From positions 1 to 64,000 of the forward strand of contig OZ244587.1 of NCBI GenBank assembly GCA_965218095.1: a DNA stretch of 64,000 nt. Direction: 5' to 3'. Under the pieces are notes generated by a model. The model was not told the DNA's origin. It worked only from the letters and a program-made list of their open reading frames with translations, and made no database searches. Position 1 is the stretch's first letter. Each line of letters opens with the position of its first letter. Source of the stretch: Candidatus Poribacteria bacterium (GTDB lineage: Bacteria; Poribacteria; WGA-4E; PCPOR2b). The position numbers and the translations under genes were made by a program. Below, piece after piece: positions 41,671 through 52,965 of the stretch.

Positions 41671-43289
41671 ATGGATGGTAAACCGCGCTTCTACTTTTCC
41701 CTCTTTATGGGTCTGATTGCTTTTACGATTGCCTACTGTGCGATTACTCATTTTCAGATTCCACTCCCTCGCTACTATCCCACACTGAACCAGTGGTCGA
41801 TGATCAAAGACTCTGATCTTCCTTCGATGGGCTGGTATGCACAAACTAAAGTGGACCCATTGTCGAGGCCAAAATACAGGAAAAATAAGTAAGATATTTG
41901 AGATAAACTGACACTGCTTTAGCTCAGATAGACCTCAGCCGGGGTAGCATAATTTAGACTCTGGTGAGGTCGCTGTTGATTATAGAAACGGATATATTGA
42001 GTTAATCCATCAAACAGGGCTTGCCCTGTTTGGTAAAGTTTGTGATAAACATCTTCATACTTGACGCTTCGCCAAAACCGCTCAATGTAAATGTTGTCAA
42101 TGGCTCTCCCCACGCTGTCCATACTCATAGCAATACCATCGGCTTCGACCGTATCGGTGAAAGCATTGGCTGTAAACTGGACACCTTGGTCAGTATTGAA
42201 GATGATGGGGGTTGCCCCAGATAATGCGTGATGCAAAGCGTCGAGACAGAACTGCCCTGATAGACTATTGGATAACTCCCAAGTGATGACGTAACGACTA
42301 TACCAGTCGAGTATCGCCACCAGATACATAAACCCTTTATCCATCGGGATATAGGTAATGTCAGCCGACCAGACCTCATTGGCAGCGGTCACCTCATAGT
42401 CCCGTAATAGGTATGGGTAAATCCGATGCTCGCTGTTGATGGCTGAGGGTTTGGGATAAATCGCTTCTATACCCATCAAACGCATCAGTCGCTGGATGCG
42501 TTTGCGGTTCACACGGTAGCCAAGCCGCTTAAGATGTTGTGTCATTCGACGACTCCCATAGAAAGGGGTTTGCAGATACTGCTCATCTATTTGTCTCATC
42601 AGATGCAGATTGTCTGCTGACTCTGTAGCCGGTTGACAGTAGAGGGTTGACCGGGAAAAACCGAGCAATTCACACTGACGACGGATACTCAGTTTCAGGT
42701 GGTCGGGTTCAACGAGTGCCCGTCTCTGTTCAGCGGCTTGAGGCAGCTTTTTTTTTCAACCAGTCGAGTTCCATATTCAACCGACCAATTTGCTCATACA
42801 GGCTCGACTCCCTGTCATTTTGCTCACGCTGTCGCTAGGTCGGGTTGGTAGCGAAAATATCGCTACCTTGTTCAAGCAACTGTTTCTTCCATTGGCTGAT
42901 TTGGCTTGGGTGCAACTGATGCTCGCTTGCCAATTGGTTGATAGTTTTATCGGGCTTGATGGCTTCAACGGCTATTTGAAACTTGAATTTGGCAGTATGC
43001 CGAATCCGTTTGGTTGACATATTCAGACCTCCATTGGTGGACGGGAGTTAGACGTTATTTCTTACTTAACTCCTGGCCCGAATATTGGGGACCATTATAA
43101 ACAATCGCCAGTCTGTGCGTCAGGTGCGTCATCGGCGGCGTTGCCTACTTGTTTGCATCCCGTAGCCAACTGCTCAATGAACGTGCGATCTTGACGCAAA
43201 TTGCCGGTTGGATCGCGGTAATTTCCGCGATTTTGATGATGCTCTACATTGTTCAGCATGAATGGCGGCGCTGGATTATAGGACAGTAG
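41671..43289 (+). pseudogene. Small membrane protein interrupted by IS3
   Basis: Removing the IS and one AAC copy gives an in-frame ...GWYAQT-IASLC...WRRWIIGQ*. Confidence 0.8.
41847..43099 (-). mobile_element. IS3-family element (orfA with premature TAG; orfB integrase core)
   Basis: Imperfect TIRs TAAAGTGGACCC / GGGGACCATTATA, 3-bp TSD AAC; WSADITYI, NTDQGVQF, ERFWRSVKYE; A9 slippery run. Confidence 0.92.
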
Positions 43290-43331
43290 TGGCTTACACC
43301 AATGACTAACAGGCTATCATCCCGACTTCGC

Positions 43332-44438
43332 TTATTGCAGCCGCCCCCGGCCCAGGAGTTGCCAGACCGTTTCGACGGTGCCTTCGCGGATGCCGTAGAG
43401 CTCGTTGTGCAGCGCCACAGTTACATCAGAGTAGCCGACGACGAATTCAATCTTGTCTCCCACGCGCGGCGCCTTGCTCGGTTCAGCCAGTTCGATCTTT
43501 CCGTGTTCTGCTGACATCGCCACCGATTCCACTCCTGTGATGCCGATGGGTTCGGGATCCGCTGCACCTTCACTTATTGTCTTCTTCCCCGCATCACAAA
43601 TAATCCGCGTGGGAGTCGGCCGGCTGGTAACCGTCGACAGAACCGTGAGCGCATACGGATGCTCGACGCCAAACTGATGTCGGTAGATAATGTCACAGAA
43701 GATTCCACCGCCCGCTTCAATCTCCGTGATACCCGGTTGGAAGGCGCTGATCCAGTAGGTCCCCGTCCCGCCACAACTGATGATATCGATGGACATTCCT
43801 TCGTTCCGGCATTTCTGAGCTGTCTCGGTAAGTTTAGTCAGCGCCTCGTTAATAACCCGTCGCTTCTCGTCCAGATCCGGGATGCGCAGGGCAATCGACT
43901 CCCAGGTCATGAGCCCAGCGAGTTGCACCCCTTCTCTGCCATGAATCTTGCGAGCCAGAGTGAGGGTAGGCTCCCCAGGTTCCACGCCGGCGCGGTTCAT
44001 GCCGGTGTTCACTTCAATGACAACACGGAGACGGACGCCCTTCTCACGGGCAGCCTGGTCAAGGGCAGCCACGTTTTCCTCGCTGTCAACGGCTACGATG
44101 ACGTCGGCGTGCCGACGCAGGTTGACCAGCCGGGTAATCTTCTGTGGTCCCACGATCTGGTTGGCGATCAGGATGTCCCGAATGCCGCCGGCTGCCATGA
44201 TTTCGGCTTCACCGAGCTTGGCACAGGTGACGCCGATGGCGCCTGCCTCCAGGAGCTTATGAGCGAGCGCAGGGGTTTTCATCCCCTTGGTATGTGGTCG
44301 CCAGTTGACCCCGGCTTCCTGAATGATGGTGGACGCCATCCGTTTGATATTACGCTCCATCGTGGGCAGATCTACCAGAAGCACTGGCGTGTCCAGTTCC
44401 TCTTTGCGACAACCAATGATACTCATTTGTCCCATCAT
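43332..44438 (-). CDS. DSD1/D-threonine aldolase family PLP enzyme
   Basis: LDTPVLLVD, RPHTK, CAKLGEAE, GGTGT, DAGKK, SAEHG. Confidence 0.9.
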   Translation of the reverse strand: MMGQMSIIGCRKEELDTPVLLVDLPTMERNIKRMASTIIQEAGVNWRPHTKGMKTPALAHKLLEAGAIGVTCAKLGEAEIMAAGGIRDILIANQIVGPQKITRLVNLRRHADVIVAVDSEENVAALDQAAREKGVRLRVVIEVNTGMNRAGVEPGEPTLTLARKIHGREGVQLAGLMTWESIALRIPDLDEKRRVINEALTKLTETAQKCRNEGMSIDIISCGGTGTYWISAFQPGITEIEAGGGIFCDIIYRHQFGVEHPYALTVLSTVTSRPTPTRIICDAGKKTISEGAADPEPIGITGVESVAMSAEHGKIELAEPSKAPRVGDKIEFVVGYSDVTVALHNELYGIREGTVETVWQLLGRGRLQ

Positions 44439-44757
44439 AATAAACCCGCAACCCTCATCCCTGAGTTATCGGGGTGAGGCATGCGGTCTCCTTCCTTTCT
44501 ATTTGACAATTGAAGATTAAAAAAACAGTCATACAAGTCCACCAATTTGAGGCATGGGTCTTACCTTTCGCGTAATCCGCAGAGCAAAAATAAATTATCC
44601 GCTGATTTCGCGAATTTCTTTGCGGAAAATTTGTGAAAATTCGCGTCAATTCGCGGATAAAATCTCGGACCACTTGGCGGAAAAACCCCGCTGCTGAACA
44701 TACCACAAGATATTGTATGGTTTAATTCGAGAATACACAATTTTATAATGCGAACGG

Positions 44758-44800
44758 TAAGTGAGTCAATAGAAAATTGTCAATTCTATTGACTCACTTA
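44758..44800. repeat. Perfect 17-bp inverted repeat overlapping the dehydratase stop codon
   Basis: TAAGTGAGTCAATAGAA-N9-TTCTATTGACTCACTTA. Confidence 0.75.
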
Positions 44801-46809
44801 TTAGCGTTCGTGTGGCGCAGGGCAAGTGCCTCCTTGCCGGCCGCTAGCGTTTGTAGAATTGTATCGACATCATAGACACAGCCGCCCCACGTGCCGCCGC
44901 CGACGCCCTGGAGCGCCGCCCATAGGTGTGTATCGTCCGGCAGCATCTCATCAGCAGAAAGATCCGGACGTGGCGATCTCTCCGCTAAGATACGTGTGCC
45001 TTCCTCGACCCCGAAGATGGTCTCGCCATGACCGACTAAATCGACGTTCCCCTCAAGTCGATTCCGATTAATAACGATCCGGATCTGATCGCCGTCAAGC
45101 ACCTTGCCGATGGGACCCCCTGCCAGCGCCTCAGGTCCAATATGTCCAATGCATGCGCCGGTCGATACGCCAGAGAATCGTGCATCGGTGATCAAGGCAA
45201 TACGCTTACCAAACGAAAGGTGCTTGAGGGCAGCGGTGATCTGGTAGACCTCCTCCATGCCGGTGCCCATTGGACCACGACAGCAGAGCACCATTACCTC
45301 ACCCGACTTGATCCTATCCCCACCATAGTTTTTAATTGCCTGGACAGCGTCACGCTCACGGACGAATACACGCGCCGGGCCAGTCATACGATAGACGCCA
45401 TCGGTATCGACAACGTCCGGATCGATCGCGGTGCTCTTAATCACCGAGCCTTCAGGGGCGAGATTCCCACGTGGAAAGGTGACGGTCCTGGTCAGTTCAC
45501 GCATCTTTGCAGTGTCCGGATTCATGATGACGTCATCTGGATCGACGCTATCCCGCTCCATCAAAAGATCTCGCAGCCGCTGACGGCGTTCAGATTTCAC
45601 CCACCAATCCAGATTTCGTCCAAGTGGTTCGCCTGAAGCGGTCATCACATCTTCGTTCAATAAGCCTAACGCTCGCAGGTGCAGCATTACTTCAGGGACG
45701 CCGCCTGCGAGAAAGACGCGAACTGTCGGATGTCCAACGGGCCCATTCGGGAGAACATCAACGAGGCGAGGCGTCTGCCGGTTGATTGCGATCCAATCTT
45801 CTACGGTCGGGCGATCTAATTTCGCCGCGTGAGCGACTGCGGGGATGTGCAGGAGCAGGTTAGTCGAACCGCCGAAAGCGGCATGGATAATCATCGCGTT
45901 GCGAACTGCGTCGTCCGTCAAAATTCGTGCCATTGTGATGCCTTTCGCTTCGAGGTTGACAAGAGAGCGAGCGGATCGCTTTGCCATGTCCGACCAGATC
46001 GGCTGACCTGAGGGCGCGAGCGCGGAATGTAGGAGCGTCATTCCTAACCCCTCTGCAACGACTTGTGAGGTTGCGGCTGTCCCCAAAAATTGGCACCCAC
46101 CCCCCGGACTTGCGCAGGCTTTGCACCCGAGATCGGCGGCATCCTGCAAGGAGATTTCTCCGTGTGTAAAACGGGCTCCAATGGACTGGATCTTGCCCGC
46201 ATCCTCACCTTCCGTGGGCGGCAGCGTCACACCGCCGGGAACTAATATGCACGGCAGGTCGTGCATCGCAGCGATGGCAATCATCGCTGCCGGCAGCCCT
46301 TTATCGCAGGTTGCCACCATCATCACGCCTTTGCGCGTTGGCAGCGATCGGATCAAGCGTCGGAAGAGCATGGCAGCGTCATTGCGATAGGCAAGGCTAT
46401 CCATCATGCCAACGGTACCCTGCGTGCGTCCGTCACATGGGTCTGAACAGAATCCGGCAAATGGAATGCCGCCGAGTGCTTTGAACTCGTGCGCTGCCTC
46501 CTGCATCAGCAAACCGATCTCCCAATGCCCGGTGTGATAGCCGAGCGCGATTGGCGTACCGTCCGGCGCACGAATGCCGCCTTGCGTACTCAGAATGAGA
46601 AACTGTTTCCGATTCAGTTCAGCGGGAGCCCAGCCCATGCCAGCGTTGTGGCTCAACCCAAAGACATTGCCACTGGGCCAATTGAGCAACATATCTTCTG
46701 TGAGCGGTAAACTGCCTTCTGGACCGGGGGAGTGTGTTTCGATGTCGTAGATTGCGGCATCGTTAGAATCAAGCAGATCGTCGAAATCAAGGGTTTTCGG
46801 AGAAGCCAT
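44794..46809 (-). CDS. YjhG/YagF family D-xylonate dehydratase (IlvD/Edd family)
   Basis: [50 protein letters not shown]. Confidence 0.93.
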   Translation of the reverse strand: MASPKTLDFDDLLDSNDAAIYDIETHSPGPEGSLPLTEDMLLNWPSGNVFGLSHNAGMGWAPAELNRKQFLILSTQGGIRAPDGTPIALGYHTGHWEIGLLMQEAAHEFKALGGIPFAGFCSDPCDGRTQGTVGMMDSLAYRNDAAMLFRRLIRSLPTRKGVMMVATCDKGLPAAMIAIAAMHDLPCILVPGGVTLPPTEGEDAGKIQSIGARFTHGEISLQDAADLGCKACASPGGGCQFLGTAATSQVVAEGLGMTLLHSALAPSGQPIWSDMAKRSARSLVNLEAKGITMARILTDDAVRNAMIIHAAFGGSTNLLLHIPAVAHAAKLDRPTVEDWIAINRQTPRLVDVLPNGPVGHPTVRVFLAGGVPEVMLHLRALGLLNEDVMTASGEPLGRNLDWWVKSERRQRLRDLLMERDSVDPDDVIMNPDTAKMRELTRTVTFPRGNLAPEGSVIKSTAIDPDVVDTDGVYRMTGPARVFVRERDAVQAIKNYGGDRIKSGEVMVLCCRGPMGTGMEEVYQITAALKHLSFGKRIALITDARFSGVSTGACIGHIGPEALAGGPIGKVLDGDQIRIVINRNRLEGNVDLVGHGETIFGVEEGTRILAERSPRPDLSADEMLPDDTHLWAALQGVGGGTWGGCVYDVDTILQTLAAGKEALALRHTNANK

Positions 46810-46855
46810 GTTATACCAATCTTCGTTTCAAAGTAGGAAAGAAAATTATCACATT

Positions 46856-47043
46856 TCAGAGCGGTTTGCCGCGTAACGCCTCTCGACAACCTGTCACACC
46901 ATTGCCGGTGACGTTATAACCAAAAAAGGTGTTCATCCGCCGGGGAAGGTTCGATGTGTTGGCGGCAGAGCCGTATATAATCAGCGCATTGAAAAATACG
47001 CCATCCCCCGGTTTTATCTCGACCGGGACGACATCATAGGGAT
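46856..47043 (-). pseudogene. C-terminal remnant of a PhyH-family dioxygenase
   Basis: Minus strand reads VVPVEIKPGDGVFFNALIIYGSAANTSNLPRR..., with the distal His replaced; no N-terminus or start. Confidence 0.65.
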
Positions 47044-47044
47044 A

Positions 47045-48948
47045 TTAGCTGTTTTCCAGAAAATCCCAAAGCGTCTCGAATTGCACTTCTGAAACGGGTT
47101 TATGCCGCAGGATGGTGTTGATATTCTGTTCATCCATGTAGTCTGGCACAAACTTCAGTCCTTTGCGTAACTCTTCGCGGCTGAGGCCCATCGCTGTCGG
47201 CCAGCGACGCACATGGCACTTATCCAGCCGCTCGATCAGGGTATCGGGCTGCTCATTGCACTGCCAAGCGATGATGGTTGCCCCTAAGGCGACCATCTCT
47301 CCATGGATGTAGCCTGTGTCATTCACTAGGTTCTGTTGACATTTGAGTATAAGGTTGTAGCATAATAGAAGAATGACGCCAATAACCTTACCTGATGAAC
47401 AATGGAATAAGATATACCGGTTTCTTCTAAGCTGTCTCACCATCTATGTTGGCGACGAAGCTGCTACACGCCGCTTCGTCGAAGCCGTCCTGTGGGTGAC
47501 TCGTAGCGGGGCTCAATGGAGACTTCTACCAGACACCTATGGCAAATCGAACACCCGCTACAAGCGGTTTGCTCGATGGTGCGACAAAGGTATCTTCACA
47601 CAGATGCACCACCACTTTGCCTCTGACCCCGATATCGAGTCGTTTATTGTAGACAGTACCATCTGCCGCGCTCACCCGTCTGCGGCGGGTGCCTTAAAAA
47701 GCTGGCGCCTTAAAAAAAAGGGTGGCACTGAAAACTAAGCATTAGGTCGGTCTCGGGGCAGTTTCAGTACAAAAAATCACATCACAGTTGACGGACTAGG
47801 CAATCCCCTAAGAATTCATCTGACACCCGGTCAGAGACATGACATAACTGAGGCGGAAGGGTTGATAATCGGATATAACAGTGAATGTGTGATTGGAGAC
47901 AAGGGGTACGATTCGGACGCTTTTATCGCGGTTATTGAGGCGAATGGAGCGATTGCGGTGATACCGCCAAAAAGTCATCGTGTTGACCAAAGAACGTATG
48001 ACAAACACTTATTACAAAGAGAGACATCGGGTTGAATGTTTCATCAACAAGATAAAATGGTATCGTCGTATCTTCTCTCGGTTTGAGAAACTAGCTGTCC
48101 GTTATTTTGGATTTCTCAGCTTTGTCGCCACTCTTATATGGCTCCCTTGAAATGTCAACAGAACCTAATTCCATGGCAAGCTAGAAGGGGTGATCACCGC
48201 TCTCAGCCTCCGGTTGCTGAATCCACCTAGAATCACGCTCTTGCATACTTTTCATAATGTGATGCACGCTGTCCGTGGTCAAATCTCCCTGCTCATTGAG
48301 GGTCTCCTCGAAGCCTTGAGAGATTTCTTCATAGTGGCTGAGAACCGCGTTGATCGCCGCTTCATCACAGGGAGGGCCGAGACCGTTCTTAGATCTCCAT
48401 CGCCACTCCGCCAGCCCGGCATATCCACAGAGGATATCGCCGAGGCCAGCCGTGTTCAGATAATAAGGCGCTTCGAGAACCAGGTCATCGTCTACAAGAA
48501 CATATTCACAGTCAACCTACGGACAGTCTTCAAGCTCGCCAATTATTTTTCGACCGTCCCATTTCGCCACAACCCCATGGATAATCGCGCCCGTTGAAAT
48601 AATTGTCGGAACCATGATCAGCGGCAGGTCTTTATCGAGTGCTGTAAACTTCGAGGCATCCAGCGCCCGACCACCGTCCAGTCCAACCACCAACTCTGCA
48701 TCATCAGGCAGGTTATCACTAATCTCCTTTTGGTGTTTGGAATCCAGCCACACAGCATAGCCCACGCCTGCAGGTTCTTGGGACAGATACAATTGCGCAG
48801 TCCTGTACGCACTTGGTGTGGATACCATCAAGTAACGCGGCCACCTGGAACTTTCATTTTTCAGCAGCCCGGAGCCGTAACGGATATCATATTCCGCCGC
48901 CGGCTTCATTTGATTCCCGTGAGACCAGCCACGGACAGGTTTATTCAT
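47045..48948 (-). pseudogene. Glycerol-1-phosphate dehydrogenase / Fe-ADH superfamily gene, disrupted
   Basis: GLDGGRALDASKF, VPTIIST, AGLGDIL, HGEMVALG; in-frame TAGs at 48517 and 48181 plus IS5 copy 4 insertion. Confidence 0.82.
47329..48165 (+). mobile_element. IS5-family element, copy 4 (inactivated transposase)
   Basis: Same TIRs, TA duplication; TAA at 47736 and a later 1-nt frameshift. Confidence 0.93.
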
Positions 48949-48975
48949 GTCCTTTACCTTTCATTTTGCGCCGAC

Positions 48976-49878
48976 CTAACTTGCACGGTTGGGAAACCTT
49001 AAAAACTGCTTTGCATTCCCGCCCATGATGTCATCGTGTTCATGCTCGGATAAATCCGGCAGTAGCTCTTTAATAATGGTTGTGAGTCGACCGTAGCCGG
49101 GGTCTTCCAAGATCCACGGAAAATCGGTCGCCCACATCAGACGCTTTGCGCCATAGTGGTTCAAGATGCGCTGATGCCAGCCGGCGATGTCGCGATAAGG
49201 GAACGCTTCGTTGCTGAAGGCGTATTGGCCGGACAGATGGACGGTCACGTTTTCAAAGCGTGCGAGGCGGTGGGTTGTATGAAATGCGGGGTTGTACATC
49301 GGAGTTTCGATCCGCGGGCGACCTTTTGCATCCCAGGAGAATTTCCCTTTACCCGGACAGATGCCAAGGTGGTTCAATACGACCCTGACTTGAGGAAAGG
49401 CTTCCAGCAGATAAGGAATCAAATGCGCATCAACAGCTCGCGGGTAGAGCCAGAGAACATAGTCACGGTCTGCAGCATGCTTCCAGATTCGATAGGTTCC
49501 AAATTCCCTCACATTCATTCGATCAAAGGGGTCTTTGGGGCCGCCAATCGAGGAAAGCCGAAAACCGATAATCCCCGTCCCATCTGTTAATCGGTCCATG
49601 TGGTGTTCCGGTTCAGAGAGATCTGGGGGTATCAGCCCAATGCCGAGGAAACGGTCAGGGTACGTTTTCAGGCAGTGCAGGAGGTAGGCGTGGTGTTCAA
49701 TGCGAGTTCCACCGGTCTGCACCAACATTGCCTGAACGATTCCGTGTGTTTCCATTTCGACCAACAGTTTCTCGGCAGTCTCCTCTCGGTTAGCTGGGCA
49801 AACCGGCGTGGGTTCCCTCGGAAACTCAGAGGAAACTTTGGCGAAAACGTGAAGATGGGAATCGATTCGAGTCATCAT
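48976..49878 (-). CDS. Amidohydrolase_2 family protein (lactonase-like)
   Basis: IDSHLHVF, LNHLG, LMWATDFPW, IMGGNA. Confidence 0.9.
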   Translation of the reverse strand: MMTRIDSHLHVFAKVSSEFPREPTPVCPANREETAEKLLVEMETHGIVQAMLVQTGGTRIEHHAYLLHCLKTYPDRFLGIGLIPPDLSEPEHHMDRLTDGTGIIGFRLSSIGGPKDPFDRMNVREFGTYRIWKHAADRDYVLWLYPRAVDAHLIPYLLEAFPQVRVVLNHLGICPGKGKFSWDAKGRPRIETPMYNPAFHTTHRLARFENVTVHLSGQYAFSNEAFPYRDIAGWHQRILNHYGAKRLMWATDFPWILEDPGYGRLTTIIKELLPDLSEHEHDDIMGGNAKQFLRFPNRAS

Positions 49879-50591
49879 TCTTCCAGGCTAAAAAGTTTAC
49901 GGCGTTCCGGTGTCGTGCAGTGGCGGGCGATAGAAGCGAACCTTTTCGGATCAACGCGATCCGGTGTTCTATTCTCATAAATGAGAATAATGGATTTTCT
50001 TGATGTATCGGTGTGGTTATCCATGGCAGTATGCCAGCCGTATGAATTAAACATAATGGCGGTCCCCGCTTTTCCAGGAAACCTCTTGTGACCGGGCATC
50101 GCTTCTAACTGATGCATCCTGAAGTAAGGTCCTGCGTCGGGCTTGTGGCTGCCCGGCACATAAGCAAATTCACCGCCCCTGGGTTTGACATTGTCCACAT
50201 AAACCTGCACTTTGATATGCAACGGATTGCTGTGGGGCACATCGGGGTGCCAACCAGAGTAACAGACGGGGCCCGGCGCGACAGTGCGCACCTGTGGGCC
50301 CAGTAAGATCAGATCATCGTTTGTGAAGGTCATGAGACTGCCATAGTAGCTGGGATGATCAACCAGGTCCACGAAGATCTTATCTTTTTCAAAGGGGTCG
50401 GGGATGTCGTAAAACGTCGCCGCCGCTTCGCCAGCTTCGATACGCTCCAGCCATTCCGGTTTGCACTTTTCGGACCAGTAATCAAAGGCGTCCTGGAGCC
50501 GACGCAATTTGTCGCCTTGAATTGCGTTTTCAAAGACCAGGTAACCTTTTTCTTCCCACTGTATTCTTTGGGCTTCGGTGGGTCTAATCAT
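49875..50591 (-). CDS. Phytanoyl-CoA dioxygenase (PhyH) family protein
   Basis: EKGYLV, WHPD (HxD), VPGSH, GWH; SD GGGAGG. Confidence 0.9.
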   Translation of the reverse strand: MIRPTEAQRIQWEEKGYLVFENAIQGDKLRRLQDAFDYWSEKCKPEWLERIEAGEAAATFYDIPDPFEKDKIFVDLVDHPSYYGSLMTFTNDDLILLGPQVRTVAPGPVCYSGWHPDVPHSNPLHIKVQVYVDNVKPRGGEFAYVPGSHKPDAGPYFRMHQLEAMPGHKRFPGKAGTAIMFNSYGWHTAMDNHTDTSRKSIILIYENRTPDRVDPKRFASIARHCTTPERRKLFSLEE

Positions 50592-50627
50592 GGGGTGCCT
50601 CCCGTTGTTGCATGGTAGAATGACAGC

Positions 50628-50656
50628 ATTATAGCAAAAATCGAGTTGGGAGTCAA
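50628..50656 (-). promoter_or_regulatory. Sigma70-type promoter
   Basis: TTGACT-17-TATAAT with extended TG. Confidence 0.75.
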
Positions 50657-50877
50657 TCAAAATTATTCCGCCCCGAAAACGTGAACAAGATTTAATGGTC
50701 ACAACTGACCGCTGTAGTCACTGATAACTATATCTTTTGGTCACCAGGGAGTTGAAATGCTAAACGAAGCCATCGCGGTTGATTCCAAAGGGAAGTTGGC
50801 GACAAGATTGGGAAAATCAAGAGGAGAAGGTAATTGAAGCGTGAATCTCAGGCGGCTAGTGGTTTTAGATCGCCGCA

Positions 50878-50910
50878 AACCTTGCGAAGGTTTCAAACCT
50901 TCGCAAGGTT
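50878..50910. repeat. REP-like doublet, AACCTT-N3-AAGGTT family
   Basis: AACCTTGCGAAGGTT-TCA-AACCTTCGCAAGGTT; relatives near 52861, 52946, 54901 and 56424. Confidence 0.8.
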
Positions 50911-50923
50911 AAGCACTACAAAA

Positions 50924-51169
50924 TCAGGAAGAACTTACAATTCGGCGGGATTTGAGTTCATCAATCTCCTGTTGCTGCTGATTCAGCTGCTCAACCACAA
51001 CCTGCAACGGGCGCTCAAGGCGATCGCCGAGTTCTCGCATCTCCGTCCGCAGATCTTGAATCTGCTGTTGGGTGATAGCGCGTTCCGCGTTAATCTGCTG
51101 CTGCGCGGTGGCGCGTTCAGCCTGAATCAATTGTTGGACTTCCGCCCGCTCACGCCGTATTTGGCTCAT
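50924..51169 (-). CDS. Small Gln-rich coiled-coil protein
   Basis: 11-aa repeats ERAxxQQxIxA; ATGA coupling to the AKR stop. Confidence 0.6.
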   Translation of the reverse strand: MSQIRRERAEVQQLIQAERATAQQQINAERAITQQQIQDLRTEMRELGDRLERPLQVVVEQLNQQQQEIDELKSRRIVSSS

Positions 51170-51960
51170 GCCGTCTGACTTTCTTTGCTGAGGCCGTTGA
51201 TGTCTTGCATTTCTTCAGGCGTTAGCTCCCAATCAAACAACGCAAGGTTCTCTCTCAAATGGGAGTCAGAACTGGCTTTGGGGATGACAATCAAGCCTTT
51301 CTGGAGCAGCCATCGTAAGGCGACTTGAGCCGCTGTTTTTCCGTGTTTTTCACCAATCGTCTTCAAGGTCGGATCGCTGACGATTCGCCCGACCGCCAAA
51401 GGACGATGGGCAGTCAGGATAATCTGATGCTTATGACAATGCTGCAAAAGATCTTCTCGGCCATGGTGGGCGTGGTACTCCACCTGGTTCGTACTGATGG
51501 GAACCTGAGAAACTGCCCTTGCCCGATCAACCTGGTCAATACTAAAATTGCTGATGCCGATACTTGCGGCCTTGCGTGCATCGTAGATCTCTTTGAAGGC
51601 GGACAGGGTTTCTTCCATCGGCACAGTTCCATCACCGGGGTGGTGAATCAGTAGCAGATCCACGTAATCGGTTTGCAGTTGCTCCAGGCATTCTTCGCAC
51701 TGAGACAGAACCTCGTTGTACTTCAGATGGGTTTGGTGGATCTTGGAGGTGATAAACAGTTCATCTCTGGCAGCACCTATTTCCTGTAAAGCCTCCCCGA
51801 TCGCCCGCTGATTCTCATACATCCAGGCGGTATCAATATGGGTATATCCCAGGTCGATAGCTTTTTTGACGACCACTTTGCACTGTCTTCCCCGTAATGC
51901 CCATGTTCCCAGTCCGAGGACGGGAATCGTATGGCCTGATACGAGTCTGATGGCTTCCAT
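51166..51960 (-). CDS. Aldo/keto reductase
   Basis: LGLGTW, HIDTAWMY, FITSK, LLIH, IGISNF, NQVE, IPKASS. Confidence 0.95.
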   Translation of the reverse strand: MEAIRLVSGHTIPVLGLGTWALRGRQCKVVVKKAIDLGYTHIDTAWMYENQRAIGEALQEIGAARDELFITSKIHQTHLKYNEVLSQCEECLEQLQTDYVDLLLIHHPGDGTVPMEETLSAFKEIYDARKAASIGISNFSIDQVDRARAVSQVPISTNQVEYHAHHGREDLLQHCHKHQIILTAHRPLAVGRIVSDPTLKTIGEKHGKTAAQVALRWLLQKGLIVIPKASSDSHLRENLALFDWELTPEEMQDINGLSKESQTA

Positions 51961-52021
51961 AAGTTTTCCTCCTATGCTGATGATTTTTAACAAACAAATT
52001 AGTTCAAGGCAGCTAATTCAG

Positions 52022-52837
52022 CTATTCGCCCAACACCTTGTCGAAATCCTCCCGGATCGCTTCATACCCATCTTTGAGAATGATGATCGCCGCACCACAG
52101 GCAAAGAACTGTGCACCTTCTTCTTCGTAGAGTTGCGCTGCCTGCGCTGCGTTTCCTACCGGTTGCCCCCAGAACTTGCCATATTTCCTGGCTGTAGCAC
52201 CGACCAACTGGCGAGCCTCCTCCATCTGTGGGTGATCGAACTGGCACGGAATACCCAGCGACTGCGACATATCGCCTGGGCCAAAGAACAATCCATCGAG
52301 TCCATCCATCTGAGCCACCTCTTCAATGATGTCCAGCGACTCTTTGTCCTCCATCTGAAAAATAACAAAGGTCTCGCGCAACGTCCAAGCCATATACTCC
52401 GGCATGGAGACAAGACTATACCTGGCAGCGGCTTCGACGCCATCCATGCCCCGCAGCCCCACTGGTGCGAAACGAGAGAATTTCAGCACCCACTCCGCTT
52501 CTTCTATGGTGCGGATGTGGGGTGCCATGATACCCGTGGTGCCTGCTTCAAACACCCGGAAGAACGAGTGATCACCTTCTTTGCGGACGCGGATCATCGG
52601 CTCCATGCTAGAGGCGCGGGAAGCTAGGCACATATTGAACGCTTGATCGTAAGAGTAGTCCTGGTGTTCCATGTCGATCCACAGGCAATCGAATCCGATT
52701 AAACCCATTATCTCAGGAATTTTGGGCGATGCGTAGGGCGTGGGACTGCCATACAGCACATACTTGCCAGCACGAATTCGCTCCAGCACTCGGTTCGGTT
52801 GTAGCGCAACCTTTTCGGTTCGCGTAAATTCAGCCAT
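52022..52837 (-). CDS. HpcH/HpaI class II aldolase family protein
   Basis: IDMEH, MIRV, PVGLRG, QME, FFGPGDM. Confidence 0.92.
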   Translation of the reverse strand: MAEFTRTEKVALQPNRVLERIRAGKYVLYGSPTPYASPKIPEIMGLIGFDCLWIDMEHQDYSYDQAFNMCLASRASSMEPMIRVRKEGDHSFFRVFEAGTTGIMAPHIRTIEEAEWVLKFSRFAPVGLRGMDGVEAAARYSLVSMPEYMAWTLRETFVIFQMEDKESLDIIEEVAQMDGLDGLFFGPGDMSQSLGIPCQFDHPQMEEARQLVGATARKYGKFWGQPVGNAAQAAQLYEEEGAQFFACGAAIIILKDGYEAIREDFDKVLGE

Positions 52838-52965
52838 TAGAACCATCCTTTCTGAAGGCCAACCTTTGAAAGGTTCTTCGTTCTATATCCACTATGCGCT
52901 TCAACATCAATCAACACCCGAAGCTCCCATGAACCGTTCTGGCTCACCTTTCAAAGGTTTTGTAA

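Noticed and set aside
43659-44477. Long antisense ORFs (for example 272 aa here and 253 aa at 51866)
   Set aside because: Shadows of well-supported genes on the opposite strand, with no motifs.
44702-44718. NrdR-box-like ACCACAAGATATTGTAT
   Set aside because: Single imperfect copy with no ribonucleotide reductase gene nearby.
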